Below are positions 1 through 9,980 of a stretch of 33,829 nt of DNA, one piece after another. Position 1 is the stretch's first letter. Every line of letters begins with the position of its first letter. The notes under the pieces were generated by a model. It did not search any database. It was not told the DNA's origin and worked only from the letters and a program-made list of their open reading frames with translations. Both the position numbers and the translations under genes were made by a program. This stretch comes from Myxococcota bacterium (GTDB lineage Bacteria > Myxococcota > UBA4151): contig JBDQPD010000032.1 in NCBI GenBank assembly GCA_040260805.1, positions 1 to 33,829 of the forward strand, written 5' to 3'.

Positions 1-822
1 AAGACGCTCAAGATTGCTGATGAAACCATCTACGAAGGCTCTGAGATCGACCACTTCGTTCGCTTCGGTGAGCGCACCATGCTTGGCGCCACGCGAAGCA
101 GCGCCAAGGTCCTCTTCTACGACGGACAACAGATCAATCAGTACATCGCCGCCTCAGGCGGCTCAAAGAATAAGGACAGGATCAAAGACCAGGACCCGTT
201 CCTAACCGCGCTCAAGATTGGTCAGAACTACCACCTCTGGTCCTCGAAGTTCCGAGTCGCACAAGCGACGACCATCTACGAAATGGCGCTTCATGAAGAC
301 GAAGAATTTGGCGATTCGACGTTGCACTGGATCGAAGGCGACCTTGACCTAGAGACCGAGACGATGCGCGTGCTGCAGCATCAGTTGTCGATCCCAAGAA
401 TCGCTTGCAAAGCGCTCCAGCCGGTTGAAGCGTTGGTGGGGAACTTAGACACCAACCTCCAGATCCCGGACCGTAAGGAGAAGCCCTTAGTCGGGAAGGT
501 CGGTTATATCGACGAAGCCGAAGACAAACGCTTCATCTTTACCAGCAACGAGGGTCAATCCTTCAACTTTGACCGCGGCGCAGCCAACACGAAGAAGGTC
601 AAAGAATGGCGCGCCGAGCGCGAGGAGTGGATGGGTGAAACGGTCGAGATCGAGTGGAAGTGCGCTTATCATCAACCGGATGATCGGCGAGCGCGCAAGG
701 TCGCCAGAGCCGAGCTCACCAGCATGAAAATGTACGAAGAAGAAGAACCAGAAGAGAATTCTGGGGTAGCGAAAGAAGACAAGGATGCCCAAGGCAAGAA
801 GGAGGCTCAAAGTACCCCCTAG
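1..822 (+). CDS. Hypothetical protein, 5'-truncated by the window edge; acidic/charged C-terminal tail
   Basis: The frame of ORF 79..822 is open back to base 1 (KTLKIADETIYEGSEIDHFVRFGERT-MLG...), so the true start probably lies upstream. TAG at 820-822. No family motif recognised. Confidence 0.75.
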   Translation, partial: KTLKIADETIYEGSEIDHFVRFGERTMLGATRSSAKVLFYDGQQINQYIAASGGSKNKDRIKDQDPFLTALKIGQNYHLWSSKFRVAQATTIYEMALHEDEEFGDSTLHWIEGDLDLETETMRVLQHQLSIPRIACKALQPVEALVGNLDTNLQIPDRKEKPLVGKVGYIDEAEDKRFIFTSNEGQSFNFDRGAANTKKVKEWRAEREEWMGETVEIEWKCAYHQPDDRRARKVARAELTSMKMYEEEEPEENSGVAKEDKDAQGKKEAQSTP

Positions 823-887
823 GCGAGGCCGATAAACCGGCGTTGCTTAGGACCTCCGGCTCGACTATCAGCGAGCTGGAGGTGTCT

Positions 888-2105
888 ATGCCTAAAGTCT
901 TTCCCTTCGCAGCTATTCGTCCAAGCGCCGAGGCGCTCGCCGAGGTTCACTGTGCGCCCTACGACACGATGAACCGCGCCGAAGCGCTCGAGATGGCGAG
1001 CGGTAAACCCCACAGCTTCTTGCACGTGGATCGGCCCGATATTCACTTTGACGCCGACGCCGATCCGCACGCCCCCGAGGTTTATGCCCGGGCTCGCGTG
1101 GAGCTTGAGCGCTTGCTCGACGAGGCAGCGCTGGCTCGTGACCTCAAGCCGGTCTTTTCGATCTACAGGCAGACGATGAACGGCCGGCAGCAGACCGGGT
1201 TGGTCTCGACCGTACTCGCCGCCGATTACGCCTCGGGCGTGATCAAGCGCCACGAGTTTACCCGACCCGATAAAGAAGACGACCGGGTCGCTCACATTGA
1301 AGCGACTGGCTGCCAATGCTCGCCCGTCTTTCTAGCCTACCGAAGTGAAGCGACGCTTGACGCATTAATCGAGGCGCCCAAAATGCGCCCTCCGAGTGTC
1401 GACTTTGTCGATGACCTTGAGGTGCGCCATGAGCTGTGGATCGTCGAAGACCAAGATCATGCCGAGCGCATTGAGTCCGCCTTTGGCGCCGTCTCTCGAT
1501 TCTATGTCGCCGATGGACATCACCGCAGCGCCGCCGCGGTGCGTATCGCTGACGCCCACCCAAACGACGCTGCAGCCCAACGATTTTTAGCCGTGACCTT
1601 TCCCCATAACCAACTCTACGTGATGGACTACAACCGCTTCGTTCATGATCTAAACGGTCACCAAGAGGCCGAGTTCATGACGGCACTGGCCAACGACTTT
1701 GAGGTCGGGCCAGGCAGCGGCTCCCCCACAAACGCTCGACAGTTCGGCTTGTTCATTGGCGGCTCATGGAAAACCCTAACCGCCAAACCGCACACCTATG
1801 AAAACCGCCCCGTCGTCGAGGCGCTTGATGTCGCTATCTTGCAGCGCCATGTTCTTGAGCCGCTGCTCGGTATCGCCGACCCTCGGCGTTCAAGCCGGAT
1901 CGAGTTTATTGGGGGAATCCGAGGCATGAGCGAGCTTGAAAGAAAAGTATCGCAACGATCCGGTTCGCTAGCGATCGCCATGTATCCCACCTCGATGGAT
2001 GAGCTGCTCGACGTCGCCGATGACGACTCGATCATGCCGCCCAAGTCGACCTGGTTTGAACCAAAATTACGCTCCGGGCTGTTCCTAAACCCAGTGCTCA
2101 GGTAA
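888..2105 (+). CDS. DUF1015 family protein (ParB/Srx-like fold)
   Basis: GGAGGT SD before ATG 888. Motifs APYD, IKRHEFT, YVADGHHR and C-terminal MPPKSTWFEPKLRSGL are typical of DUF1015. Confidence 0.9.
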   Translation: MPKVFPFAAIRPSAEALAEVHCAPYDTMNRAEALEMASGKPHSFLHVDRPDIHFDADADPHAPEVYARARVELERLLDEAALARDLKPVFSIYRQTMNGRQQTGLVSTVLAADYASGVIKRHEFTRPDKEDDRVAHIEATGCQCSPVFLAYRSEATLDALIEAPKMRPPSVDFVDDLEVRHELWIVEDQDHAERIESAFGAVSRFYVADGHHRSAAAVRIADAHPNDAAAQRFLAVTFPHNQLYVMDYNRFVHDLNGHQEAEFMTALANDFEVGPGSGSPTNARQFGLFIGGSWKTLTAKPHTYENRPVVEALDVAILQRHVLEPLLGIADPRRSSRIEFIGGIRGMSELERKVSQRSGSLAIAMYPTSMDELLDVADDDSIMPPKSTWFEPKLRSGLFLNPVLR

Positions 2106-2117
2106 GCATGTGCGCCG

Positions 2118-2888
2118 ATGAATCATTATCTCTTGCTGCAATGTCGACTCACTGATGACCCGATGAGGTTTCACGAGCAGGAGTGCGTCCAGCGCGCCTT
2201 GGACTGCGCGCCAGAACACATGACGGTCGTGAACCTGAGCGAGCGACTGCCTACCGAAGAAGAAATTCAAGCCTCTTCCGCCATTTTGATCGGCGGCTCC
2301 GGAGCTTTTCATATCTACGACAAGGTCGACTGGATTGAGCGTGCGCTGGTTTATTTCAGCGGATTACTCCGGCGTATCGATCGACCGATCCTCGGCATGT
2401 GCTTTGGTCACCAAGCGCTCTTAAAAGCGAGCGGCGCACAGGTGGGCAATGACCCCGAGCGAGAAGAGCTTGGCACCTATGAATTAGAGGTCACCGAAGA
2501 AGGTCGCTCGGACCAGCTGTTCGGCGAATTACCCGAGCGCTTTTACGTCCAACTTGGACATGTCGATCGAGCCTTTGATCTACCGCAAGGCTGGCTGGGG
2601 CTCGCCAGCTCCGAATCGCAACCCTACCAAGCCGTTCGTCTGAGCGGCTATCCCGTGTGGGGCTTTCAGTTCCACGCTGAGCTTCGGATGGAAGACAATT
2701 TGCACCGAGTGCGGCATTATGCCGATCATTACGGTGCTGCGCGTGAAGAGGTCTTTGACCAACTCAAAGCAAAACACCGCTCTTCGCCGGTAGGAGCGCA
2801 GATCATGCGCCACTTCGCGCGGATTGTGTCTGAATACTGGGAGAATCCAACATGCGTCGAATCGCCCCCGCCCTCTGTCTCGCTCTAA
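2118..2888 (+). CDS. Class I glutamine amidotransferase (GMP-synthase GATase-like, standalone)
   Basis: Nucleophile elbow LGMCFGHQ, GGSG oxyanion segment, FQFHAE His-x-Glu. Confidence 0.88.
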   Translation: MNHYLLLQCRLTDDPMRFHEQECVQRALDCAPEHMTVVNLSERLPTEEEIQASSAILIGGSGAFHIYDKVDWIERALVYFSGLLRRIDRPILGMCFGHQALLKASGAQVGNDPEREELGTYELEVTEEGRSDQLFGELPERFYVQLGHVDRAFDLPQGWLGLASSESQPYQAVRLSGYPVWGFQFHAELRMEDNLHRVRHYADHYGAAREEVFDQLKAKHRSSPVGAQIMRHFARIVSEYWENPTCVESPPPSVSL

Positions 2889-3865
2889 TCGCTTGCGGCC
2901 CGTCAGCCGAAGATAACGGCGGCGGTGGTGCAGCCGACGCAGGCGCACCGGCAGAGCCTGCTGGTCCGCAGATCAACTTCAGCTGTCCTGATGGGGCACC
3001 CTCGATTACCAATGGTACGAACGATAGCTGGCCCTACGGAGCCGGTCCAAGCGGTGACCGGAAGTTCCACGCTCAGATTCCCACCATCGAGGACGGCGCT
3101 CAGCTCGGCGTCGTCTTTTCCTGGCACGGCATTGGCAACAGCCTTGAGAACTGGGTCGACAGCGCCCCAATGAACAACTCGGAAGCCGACTTCCCGTTCA
3201 TTATTATCAGCCCTCACGACAGCGGTATGCAGCCCCAAGAAGATCCTCCGGGACTGTATTGGGACATGTTCTACTCATCGCCTGGTGACGAGAACCGAGA
3301 GGCGGCTTTGTTCGAGAGCGTGCTCGCTTGCTTGATTTTAGACTATCCTATCGACGAGCAGCGTATTTACAGCCTTGGCTTCTCGGGCGGCGCCGTGACC
3401 ACCAACATGTTGCAGGTTCGCTACCCCGATCTGTTCGCAGCGACCGCGCCGATGTCCGGTGCATGGTTTAGCGACCCCGCCCAAGAGGACCTGGTGGATC
3501 CGACGGGTCGAGGCGCTCAGTTCTTCCCGGGGCTTGGAGTGGACTGGAACGATATGGGGCCAGGACAAGAAACGATCTTGATCACCCATGGCGGACCAAA
3601 CGACGATTACGGTATGTTGGGCGTTCAGGTCATTAACTTCGACAGCGCGAACCTAGCCGCCATCGACTACCTCACCGCCAACGGTCGCAACGTCATCGAC
3701 TGCCCTCACGAGAGAGGTCATGTCGGGCATCCCGACTTTTGGACCGCTGAGCTGGTAGGCTTCATGAAAGCCCATCGCTGGCATGAGCCTTCGCCTTACG
3801 CCGATGGACTTCCCGAGCCCTTCAATGGCGCCGGTTGCCAGTTCTATCCTGCTGCGAGTCCATGA
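2852..3865 (+). CDS. Lipoprotein, alpha/beta-hydrolase (LpqC/PHB-depolymerase-like esterase)
   Basis: Signal peptide with lipobox LIAC. VVFSWHG oxyanion motif, RIYSLGFSGGA nucleophile motif, HGGPND (Asp) and RGH (His). Confidence 0.8.
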   Translation: MRRIAPALCLALIACGPSAEDNGGGGAADAGAPAEPAGPQINFSCPDGAPSITNGTNDSWPYGAGPSGDRKFHAQIPTIEDGAQLGVVFSWHGIGNSLENWVDSAPMNNSEADFPFIIISPHDSGMQPQEDPPGLYWDMFYSSPGDENREAALFESVLACLILDYPIDEQRIYSLGFSGGAVTTNMLQVRYPDLFAATAPMSGAWFSDPAQEDLVDPTGRGAQFFPGLGVDWNDMGPGQETILITHGGPNDDYGMLGVQVINFDSANLAAIDYLTANGRNVIDCPHERGHVGHPDFWTAELVGFMKAHRWHEPSPYADGLPEPFNGAGCQFYPAASP

Positions 3866-5862
3866 CCTCAAAACGTCTCGCCGCCGCGGTTTTGGTCGCT
3901 GCGGTCATGGCCGTTATCTATGGACCTGGACCGCGACAAACGCTCAGCGAAACCCAAGCGCGTCAAAAGGCGATGGTCGCCTTGGTCGGTTCGGTGCGCG
4001 CCGGCGCGAAACCTGACGCCGTCAACTCGGGCATACCCGCATTTAGTCTGAGCGTCGCCGAGCTGTGCAGTCCGATCGGTGGATCGTTTGGCGATCCGGA
4101 CAGTGAGTTGATGGTTCGAACCTGGAACCAGGCGCTCGATGAGTTTAAAAAAACCGAGCCCACGGGCTGTACGTACGACTCGAAAGCCGCTGCCTTTGAA
4201 GTGTTCGATGAAAAGGGGCGCTTTGGGTTCTACTTTGGTGAAAAAGGGCTTGGACCACGCTGGACGGTCACCGCGCCCAGAGCCGAAACGGTGCCAGACC
4301 TTCGCAGCCTTTTGCCTGCGGTTTTAGCGGTGACGATCGCTGTGGGCTTTCGGATGGTCGTGCCCGGTTTGATGGCGGGTATCGTCGCCGGCGCCATGGT
4401 CGGCGCGGATGGGGCGCTCGGCGGCAGTTTCACCGGACTTTGGGCTGCGCTGGGCGATGCTTTTTCGAGTAAATGGAACTGGTGGATCCTGCTCTTTACC
4501 TACGCTTTGATCGCGCTGGTGAGCGTCGCCGAGGTCAGCGGCGGGATCGCAGGGATCATCAATAAGCTGACCGCTCGGGTGAAGAGCCGGCGCGGCGCGG
4601 AAACGGCGACCGTGGCTTTGGGCGGTATGTTGTTCTTTGACGACTACGCCAACACGATGGTGGTTGGCTCGACGATGAAGCCACTGACTGACCGCTACGG
4701 CACGAGCCGAGCCAAGCTCGCTTATTTGGTCGACTCCACAGCCGCACCCCTTGCTGGGATTGCCCTCTTGTCGACCTGGATCGGCTATGAGGTCGGCCTG
4801 CTTCAAGACATCTCAAAGGAGCTTGGCTTGGGCATTGATGGCTACGCCTTGTTCCTCTCAGCGGTTCCCTTCCGCGCCTACTGCTTGATCGCCCTGCTGC
4901 TGGTTTTCGCCTCAGCGTACACAGGACGCGATCTTGGGCCGATGGTCGAGGCGCAACGTGCCCCTGTAATCCCAGATGACGGGGCGGTGACCAACGCCAA
5001 CGAAGGAGCGCCTTCGGCAGCGGCCTGGCGGGCGATCGCTCCGTTAGGGCTAACCTTTGGGTTGGTGTTTGCTGGGCTTCTCTTCAAAGGGTCGGCGGGC
5101 CTAAAAGGCGACTTTGACCCCTGGAGCCTGTCAGGCTGGCGCGCCATTATGGGCGTTGAAGAAGCGCAGCTCATGGGGGTGACTCTGGACATCGCGAGCA
5201 TCCTGGCGCTGGCCTCAGTCGTCGGATTGATCGCCGCTTATGGAGCGGGGCTGCAAGCACGGGTTCATGCCCAAGTGCTCAACCAAGCCATGGTGCGAGG
5301 GCTCAAAGGGGTCTCGCCAGCGATCGCGATCTTGCTCTGTGCTTGGGTGCTCAGCTCAGTCAACGGAAGCATCGGCACGAAAGACGTGCTGGCGGGGTTC
5401 ATCGCCGGTGATACGGCCGCCATCTGGCTTCCGGCGGCGACCTTCTTGCTGGCAGCTGGAACCAGCTTTGCCACCGGGACCAGTTTTGGGACCATGGGCA
5501 TCTTGCTGCCGACTTTGGTGCCGATCGCTCATACGGTGGGCGGTATAGACGCAACGATTCTGGCCATCGCTGCGGTGATGGATGGAGCCATCTTCGGTGA
5601 CCACTGCTCACCTCTATCCGATACCACGGTGATGAGCTCGATCTCGACGGGCTGCTCGCTCGATGAACACGTTCGAACCCAGCTGCCCTACGCCTTCCTT
5701 GCGATGGGTGCTGCTCTGCTTTTGTGTTATATTCCGGCGGGTTTGGGCTGGTTTGGTCCGGCGCTTGCGCTGCCCTTAGGCGGAATTGCGGTTCTGCTTA
5801 TTCTCAGGCTCCTCGGTCGGCGCACCGAAGACCAGAGCGAGCCAAGTCCGACACCGCAATAG
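3862..5862 (+). CDS. NhaC-family Na+/H+ antiporter-like transporter with an N-terminal extracytoplasmic extension
   Basis: ATGA overlap with the upstream stop at 3862. Motifs FFDDYAN, KLAYLVDSTAAP, SFATGTSFGTMGI, GAIFGDHCSPLSDTT and HVRTQLPYA; many TM segments. Confidence 0.9.
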   Translation: MTSKRLAAAVLVAAVMAVIYGPGPRQTLSETQARQKAMVALVGSVRAGAKPDAVNSGIPAFSLSVAELCSPIGGSFGDPDSELMVRTWNQALDEFKKTEPTGCTYDSKAAAFEVFDEKGRFGFYFGEKGLGPRWTVTAPRAETVPDLRSLLPAVLAVTIAVGFRMVVPGLMAGIVAGAMVGADGALGGSFTGLWAALGDAFSSKWNWWILLFTYALIALVSVAEVSGGIAGIINKLTARVKSRRGAETATVALGGMLFFDDYANTMVVGSTMKPLTDRYGTSRAKLAYLVDSTAAPLAGIALLSTWIGYEVGLLQDISKELGLGIDGYALFLSAVPFRAYCLIALLLVFASAYTGRDLGPMVEAQRAPVIPDDGAVTNANEGAPSAAAWRAIAPLGLTFGLVFAGLLFKGSAGLKGDFDPWSLSGWRAIMGVEEAQLMGVTLDIASILALASVVGLIAAYGAGLQARVHAQVLNQAMVRGLKGVSPAIAILLCAWVLSSVNGSIGTKDVLAGFIAGDTAAIWLPAATFLLAAGTSFATGTSFGTMGILLPTLVPIAHTVGGIDATILAIAAVMDGAIFGDHCSPLSDTTVMSSISTGCSLDEHVRTQLPYAFLAMGAALLLCYIPAGLGWFGPALALPLGGIAVLLILRLLGRRTEDQSEPSPTPQ

Positions 5863-6003
5863 ATCGAAAACATTACTCATCGTGAGCCGCTGCGACGACC
5901 GGCGCGCTCCGCTTGATCGGGCGCAGCTTGTCCGACTGCGCGCACCTTGACCTTGCAAGGCCGCCCACGGCGCTGTAGCGGCGGCGCATCAAAGGAGCCC
6001 ATC

Positions 6004-6471
6004 ATGAGCTTTGAAGCTGCGAAAGCACAACTTGCCCCCCTCACCCCATCCGGTCGTAACTGGAGAGACGGTGACGAGCATCTGGATTTGGTTATGGACG
6101 GTCAAGAGCTGTCCTTAGGCGTCGGCGTAGTCGGCGATGACGACAACGATAAAGCCTATCTTCTGGCTCGTGTCGTTCTCTACGCAGACTGCTTTGGCGA
6201 CGCCGAAACCGTCGACGAAGCGATGGTTCTTGAGCTTGCGGCTACGGCGCTTGGGCTTCCCGAGGGCTTGGACTGCCAGGTGGGGATCGAAGTCTACGAC
6301 GGCAGCACCGATGAGTCTGGGGCTTTGGTTCCCGTCGAAAATGAGGGCGAAGTCGAAGTCGACGCCTTTGAGGTCCACTTCTCACCCGATGTCTCAATCG
6401 ATCAACTCGACAACGATCTACTCAAGCAGCTCATCGCTGGCGCTCCCTACATCCTGCCGAGCGAGGAATAG
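6004..6471 (+). CDS. Hypothetical acidic protein
   Basis: AAGGAG SD before ATG 6004. 155 aa, strongly D/E-rich, fills the space between the transporter and aroK. Confidence 0.75.
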   Translation: MSFEAAKAQLAPLTPSGRNWRDGDEHLDLVMDGQELSLGVGVVGDDDNDKAYLLARVVLYADCFGDAETVDEAMVLELAATALGLPEGLDCQVGIEVYDGSTDESGALVPVENEGEVEVDAFEVHFSPDVSIDQLDNDLLKQLIAGAPYILPSEE

Positions 6472-6475
6472 GGCG

Positions 6476-7003
6476 CTGCGGCTTGCGCTGATCGGACCCC
6501 GTGCAGCGGGCAAATCGACGCTCGCACCTAAACTCGCACAAGCCCTGGGCTTGGAGTGCATCGATCTGGATGCGTCGATCGAGCGCACGCTTACAGAGCC
6601 TTTAGGGGCCTGGATCCAGCGCAACGGCTGGGCAGCTTTTCGCCGGCTCGAAGCCGAGGCGGTTGGGCGCGCTTTGCAGCATAACGCTGTGGTGGTCGCT
6701 TGCGGCGCGGGTGTCGTTGAATCCAATGACAACTTAGCGCTCTTGACCGAATCAAACAGTCAGGTCCTCTGGCTGGATGTCAGCGTTGAAGAGCAGTCAA
6801 AAAGACTTGGGAACGACTCGACTCGACCGCGCCTTGAGCCTGATTTATCTTTTGAAGAAGAGCTCCAAAGGATCGACCTGCGGCGGCGAGTTCTTTATCA
6901 ACAAATTGCCGGGATACGAGTCGATGCCCAGGCAGCGCCCGAAGACGTGCTTAAACGGTGTTTAACGGAACTAGGAGACGTGAATGCTGGCGATCGTCAC
7001 TGA
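6476..7003 (+). CDS. aroK: Shikimate kinase, probable CTG start
   Basis: P-loop LIGPRAAGKSTLA, IDLD, GWAAFRRLE, VVACGAG, RPRL lid. GAGGA SD at 6463-6467 lies 8 nt before CTG 6476. Confidence 0.85.
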   Translation: MRLALIGPRAAGKSTLAPKLAQALGLECIDLDASIERTLTEPLGAWIQRNGWAAFRRLEAEAVGRALQHNAVVVACGAGVVESNDNLALLTESNSQVLWLDVSVEEQSKRLGNDSTRPRLEPDLSFEEELQRIDLRRRVLYQQIAGIRVDAQAAPEDVLKRCLTELGDVNAGDRH

Positions 7004-7610
7004 ACACACACGTCTGAGCGAGGACCTGATCAAGCTGCGCGTCCGAAACCCCGCCGCGCAGCCTCATCGGTCTGGCCAATACAGCATCGTCTCCCTGCCT
7101 GGGGTCGAGGGGCAAGCCTACTTCTCGATCGCATCACCAGCCTATGAGCAACCCGAGATGACCTTCTTGATTCGGCTCGGCGACACCGAGCTGGACGAGG
7201 GACTCAAGCACCTCAAAGTCGGTCATGAAGTTAACGTTTCACCCCCCGCTGGATGCTTCGTTCCTGCGCAGGACGGAGACGCTCTTTTGTTCCTAGGTGG
7301 CGGCACCGGTGTTGCGCCGATGCTCGCCATGGTTCGCGAGCTGGTGCGGGATAACGACCCGCGCCCCATCCGTTTGGTCTATGGTTACAGGAACGCTACC
7401 GAATGTGCCTTTAACGATGAGCTCAAAGCGCTCGAACAAGCGGGCGTGATCGTCCAAAGAGTGATCGGCACAGCGATTGTTCTGGGTGAAGATATGCTCG
7501 ATGGTGAGCAGATCCGTGGTCACATCTGCGGACCTAAGCCGATGATCGCTGCGCTTCAGACCCAGGCGGCGGCGCTTGGTCTGGACGCGCTAAGCACCGA
7601 GCCCTACTAG
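6984..7610 (+). CDS. FAD/NAD(P)-binding oxidoreductase, ferredoxin-NADP reductase-like family
   Basis: AGGAG SD. GQY, YFSIAS, GGGTGVAPM, LVYGYR, ICGPKPM, aromatic C-terminal residue. Confidence 0.85.
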   Translation: MLAIVTEHTRLSEDLIKLRVRNPAAQPHRSGQYSIVSLPGVEGQAYFSIASPAYEQPEMTFLIRLGDTELDEGLKHLKVGHEVNVSPPAGCFVPAQDGDALLFLGGGTGVAPMLAMVRELVRDNDPRPIRLVYGYRNATECAFNDELKALEQAGVIVQRVIGTAIVLGEDMLDGEQIRGHICGPKPMIAALQTQAAALGLDALSTEPY

Positions 7611-7619
7611 CGGCTCCGC

Positions 7620-9977
7620 TCAGAAGCGAAACAACTGGCGCAGCTCCCAAAAACTAAAGCCGAGTAAGAAGCGCAGCTCGCGCCGATTCGGCAGCAACGA
7701 CAACGCATCCTCCTCGCCGTCGAGGTCCAACTCTGCGTCGCCAGCGATAAAGGCTACCGCCTGCTCGCGCGTCAGACGCGCTAGGGCGCCTGGCGCATAC
7801 TCCGCTCGCGACTCGTAGACAGGGATCAAGTGACGAAACAACAACTCCGAGAAGCGCATCGAGTCACGCCAGCCGGTGGCGTCGGGGTTGATTAAAGCGA
7901 GGGTCATATCATCACCCGCAGCATCTACGAGGCGCATCGAATCCGGATTAACCACCGCTGGATCACCCTGAACGAGTTGGACCATCACCTCGGCGCGAGG
8001 CTCACCTAGGGCGCGCTGTTGACGCCACAAAGCGGCTGCTCCCTCTCCTTCGGCGTCACCTGCAAGCCAAGCCCTGCGCGCCGTGAATCGATTGATCTCA
8101 TGAAACCACAAGGGCGCATCCAGCAGACCCGCTCCTGGCCACAAAATACCTTCGTTGAACAACCCGTATCGCCCACTCGGCGTGTTGGTAATCGGAGGCA
8201 TCCAGGTATCGAACAGCTCGGCCCAGGTGTCTCGATACGTCGAGATGTAGGGGATGTAGCCGTCGCCTGGAGGCGCCATCAAAACGGCGCGCTTTAGACG
8301 CGGCTCATGGGCGGCAAAGGTCATGCCGTAACGACCGCCGTTGCTGTGACCCACATAGCTGACCGAAGCGGGGTCAAAGTCGGCTTGGCCGTCGCCATCG
8401 AGATCAGTGCCGGATTGGCTACGGTCAGCGTCAGGCAGAAGGACGGTCAGCAGCGCCGAGAGATCCAAAACGGTCTGTCGGTTACCGTCATGCATTCCGA
8501 CCATTCCAGCAAACTCAGGAGCAGCCCAGCTTGCGTGCAGACCCTCGGGGGACTCATAACGACCATCGGCGTTTCGATCGATCGCACGCCCTGGGGTAAC
8601 CACCGTCACCGGAAGCCCATTAACGATCGGCAGCTGCATCTCGGTCGCTGGACCTCCTCCGTGTCCTACTGCGTCGGCCATCACGGCGGCGAACCCTGCT
8701 GCGCAAAGGGCGTCCGCAACGACCCATAAATCATGGCGAAGCCCTGCATAGCCAGGCCCCAATAGAACCACGGGCCAGCCTTGCTCTGGGCGCTCGCCCA
8801 CCGGTAAAAACACATTCACTTGAACGGTCTGCGCACCACCCGGCGCAACGCCTGATTCGGTCAGTCCAGCTAGGATCCCAAGGTCGTTACGCCAGACAGG
8901 TAGATCGACTTGGGCATAGATCAGCTCACCAAAATTCGAATCGAGTTGACCGTCGAGTTCGGCATAGCTTTGCATCGGCATAAACAGCTCTTGGAAGGCT
9001 TGAACGACCGTTCCCGCTGGCGCCTCCATCTCTGCTGACAAGCTCCAGTCACGATTGATCTGAGCATACTGCTGGTCTCCGGTCTCCACCGACCGAAGCA
9101 AGGCTGCGCTGGTTGCGCTCAATCGATTCATGTCAAAGACGAGCTCATCTTCGAGCACCAACTGACCGTTCTCATCCGCCACAAAGTCGGCGACATGCAA
9201 ACGCAGGTAAAATCCGCGCCGCCCGGCCTCGATGCCGAAGAAATTTCCGTTGAGTAGATCGGTAGCCTCTTGGCGATGTAAGACCTCAAGGCTCGGAATC
9301 TCACCGCCCCAGGCTCGTCCATCCACAATCGATGCGCGTCGAGCAGCCAAGGCGTCGCCGACGCTTTGGATCGTAAACGGCTCGGCGGCGAGGATGTCGT
9401 CTCGGCTCGCTAAATCGACAGCCAACGCATCTTGGCTGGGCGTTGCGCCCGGCAACAAGCTAATGTCCCAATCCCCGGGCGCCCTCTTGAGCAGGCTGTA
9501 ATAAGTAGCACCGGCTCTGAGCGGCGCTGCGGCAGCGAACTGCACACATCGACGCTCTCGATCGATAGTAATTTGAGTGACTTCTTGAACCTGTTCAGAG
9601 GCATCAACGAGCTGGATCAAGTCTGCGGGGGGCGGACTCAGCGGCAGGTCTTGGGTAAAGCAAAATCGCCCAACAGGACGCAGCGCATAACCATCGAGCC
9701 GAGCCTGGATCTGGCGCATCGTGACGTGGAAGAACCCTTCGTCATCTTCGACAACCGGCAAACGCCAGCCGTCTTCGTCTCGCCAGTGATCAGAAGGCCA
9801 CGGTCGGCCTTCAATGGTCGCGGGTGCGGCCTCAAGACGAAGGGCGATCGGCGGCGGCGGCGCAGGCGCTGCGTCCACGACGCCAGCGTCGGCGAAGCCT
9901 GCATCGAGATCGACGACAGGGTCTTCTGCACAGGCAGCCAGGCTGAGACATCCTAAGAGTACTGCCCGGCTCCACAT
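7620..9977 (-). CDS. Large lipoprotein alpha/beta-hydrolase, Pla-1/cef (VolA)-type lipase-like
   Basis: Lipobox LAAC. N-terminal WPSD motif and an Ig-like segment (PLRAGATYY); GWPVVL; DGNRQTVLDL; YVGHSNGG; GDPAVVN; late His. Confidence 0.75.
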   Translation of the reverse strand: MWSRAVLLGCLSLAACAEDPVVDLDAGFADAGVVDAAPAPPPPIALRLEAAPATIEGRPWPSDHWRDEDGWRLPVVEDDEGFFHVTMRQIQARLDGYALRPVGRFCFTQDLPLSPPPADLIQLVDASEQVQEVTQITIDRERRCVQFAAAAPLRAGATYYSLLKRAPGDWDISLLPGATPSQDALAVDLASRDDILAAEPFTIQSVGDALAARRASIVDGRAWGGEIPSLEVLHRQEATDLLNGNFFGIEAGRRGFYLRLHVADFVADENGQLVLEDELVFDMNRLSATSAALLRSVETGDQQYAQINRDWSLSAEMEAPAGTVVQAFQELFMPMQSYAELDGQLDSNFGELIYAQVDLPVWRNDLGILAGLTESGVAPGGAQTVQVNVFLPVGERPEQGWPVVLLGPGYAGLRHDLWVVADALCAAGFAAVMADAVGHGGGPATEMQLPIVNGLPVTVVTPGRAIDRNADGRYESPEGLHASWAAPEFAGMVGMHDGNRQTVLDLSALLTVLLPDADRSQSGTDLDGDGQADFDPASVSYVGHSNGGRYGMTFAAHEPRLKRAVLMAPPGDGYIPYISTYRDTWAELFDTWMPPITNTPSGRYGLFNEGILWPGAGLLDAPLWFHEINRFTARRAWLAGDAEGEGAAALWRQQRALGEPRAEVMVQLVQGDPAVVNPDSMRLVDAAGDDMTLALINPDATGWRDSMRFSELLFRHLIPVYESRAEYAPGALARLTREQAVAFIAGDAELDLDGEEDALSLLPNRRELRFLLGFSFWELRQLFRF

Positions 9978-9980
9978 ACC

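Noticed and set aside
5..282. Two 12-mers each present twice (CGCTCAAGATTG at 5 and 209; ACCATCTACGAA at 25 and 271)
   Set aside because: In-frame coding matches with inconsistent spacing. Chance or an ancient internal repeat cannot be distinguished without the upstream sequence.
6137..6475. Long N-terminal extension of shikimate kinase
   Set aside because: It overlaps the acidic gene in another frame and is Ser/Thr-rich shadow sequence.
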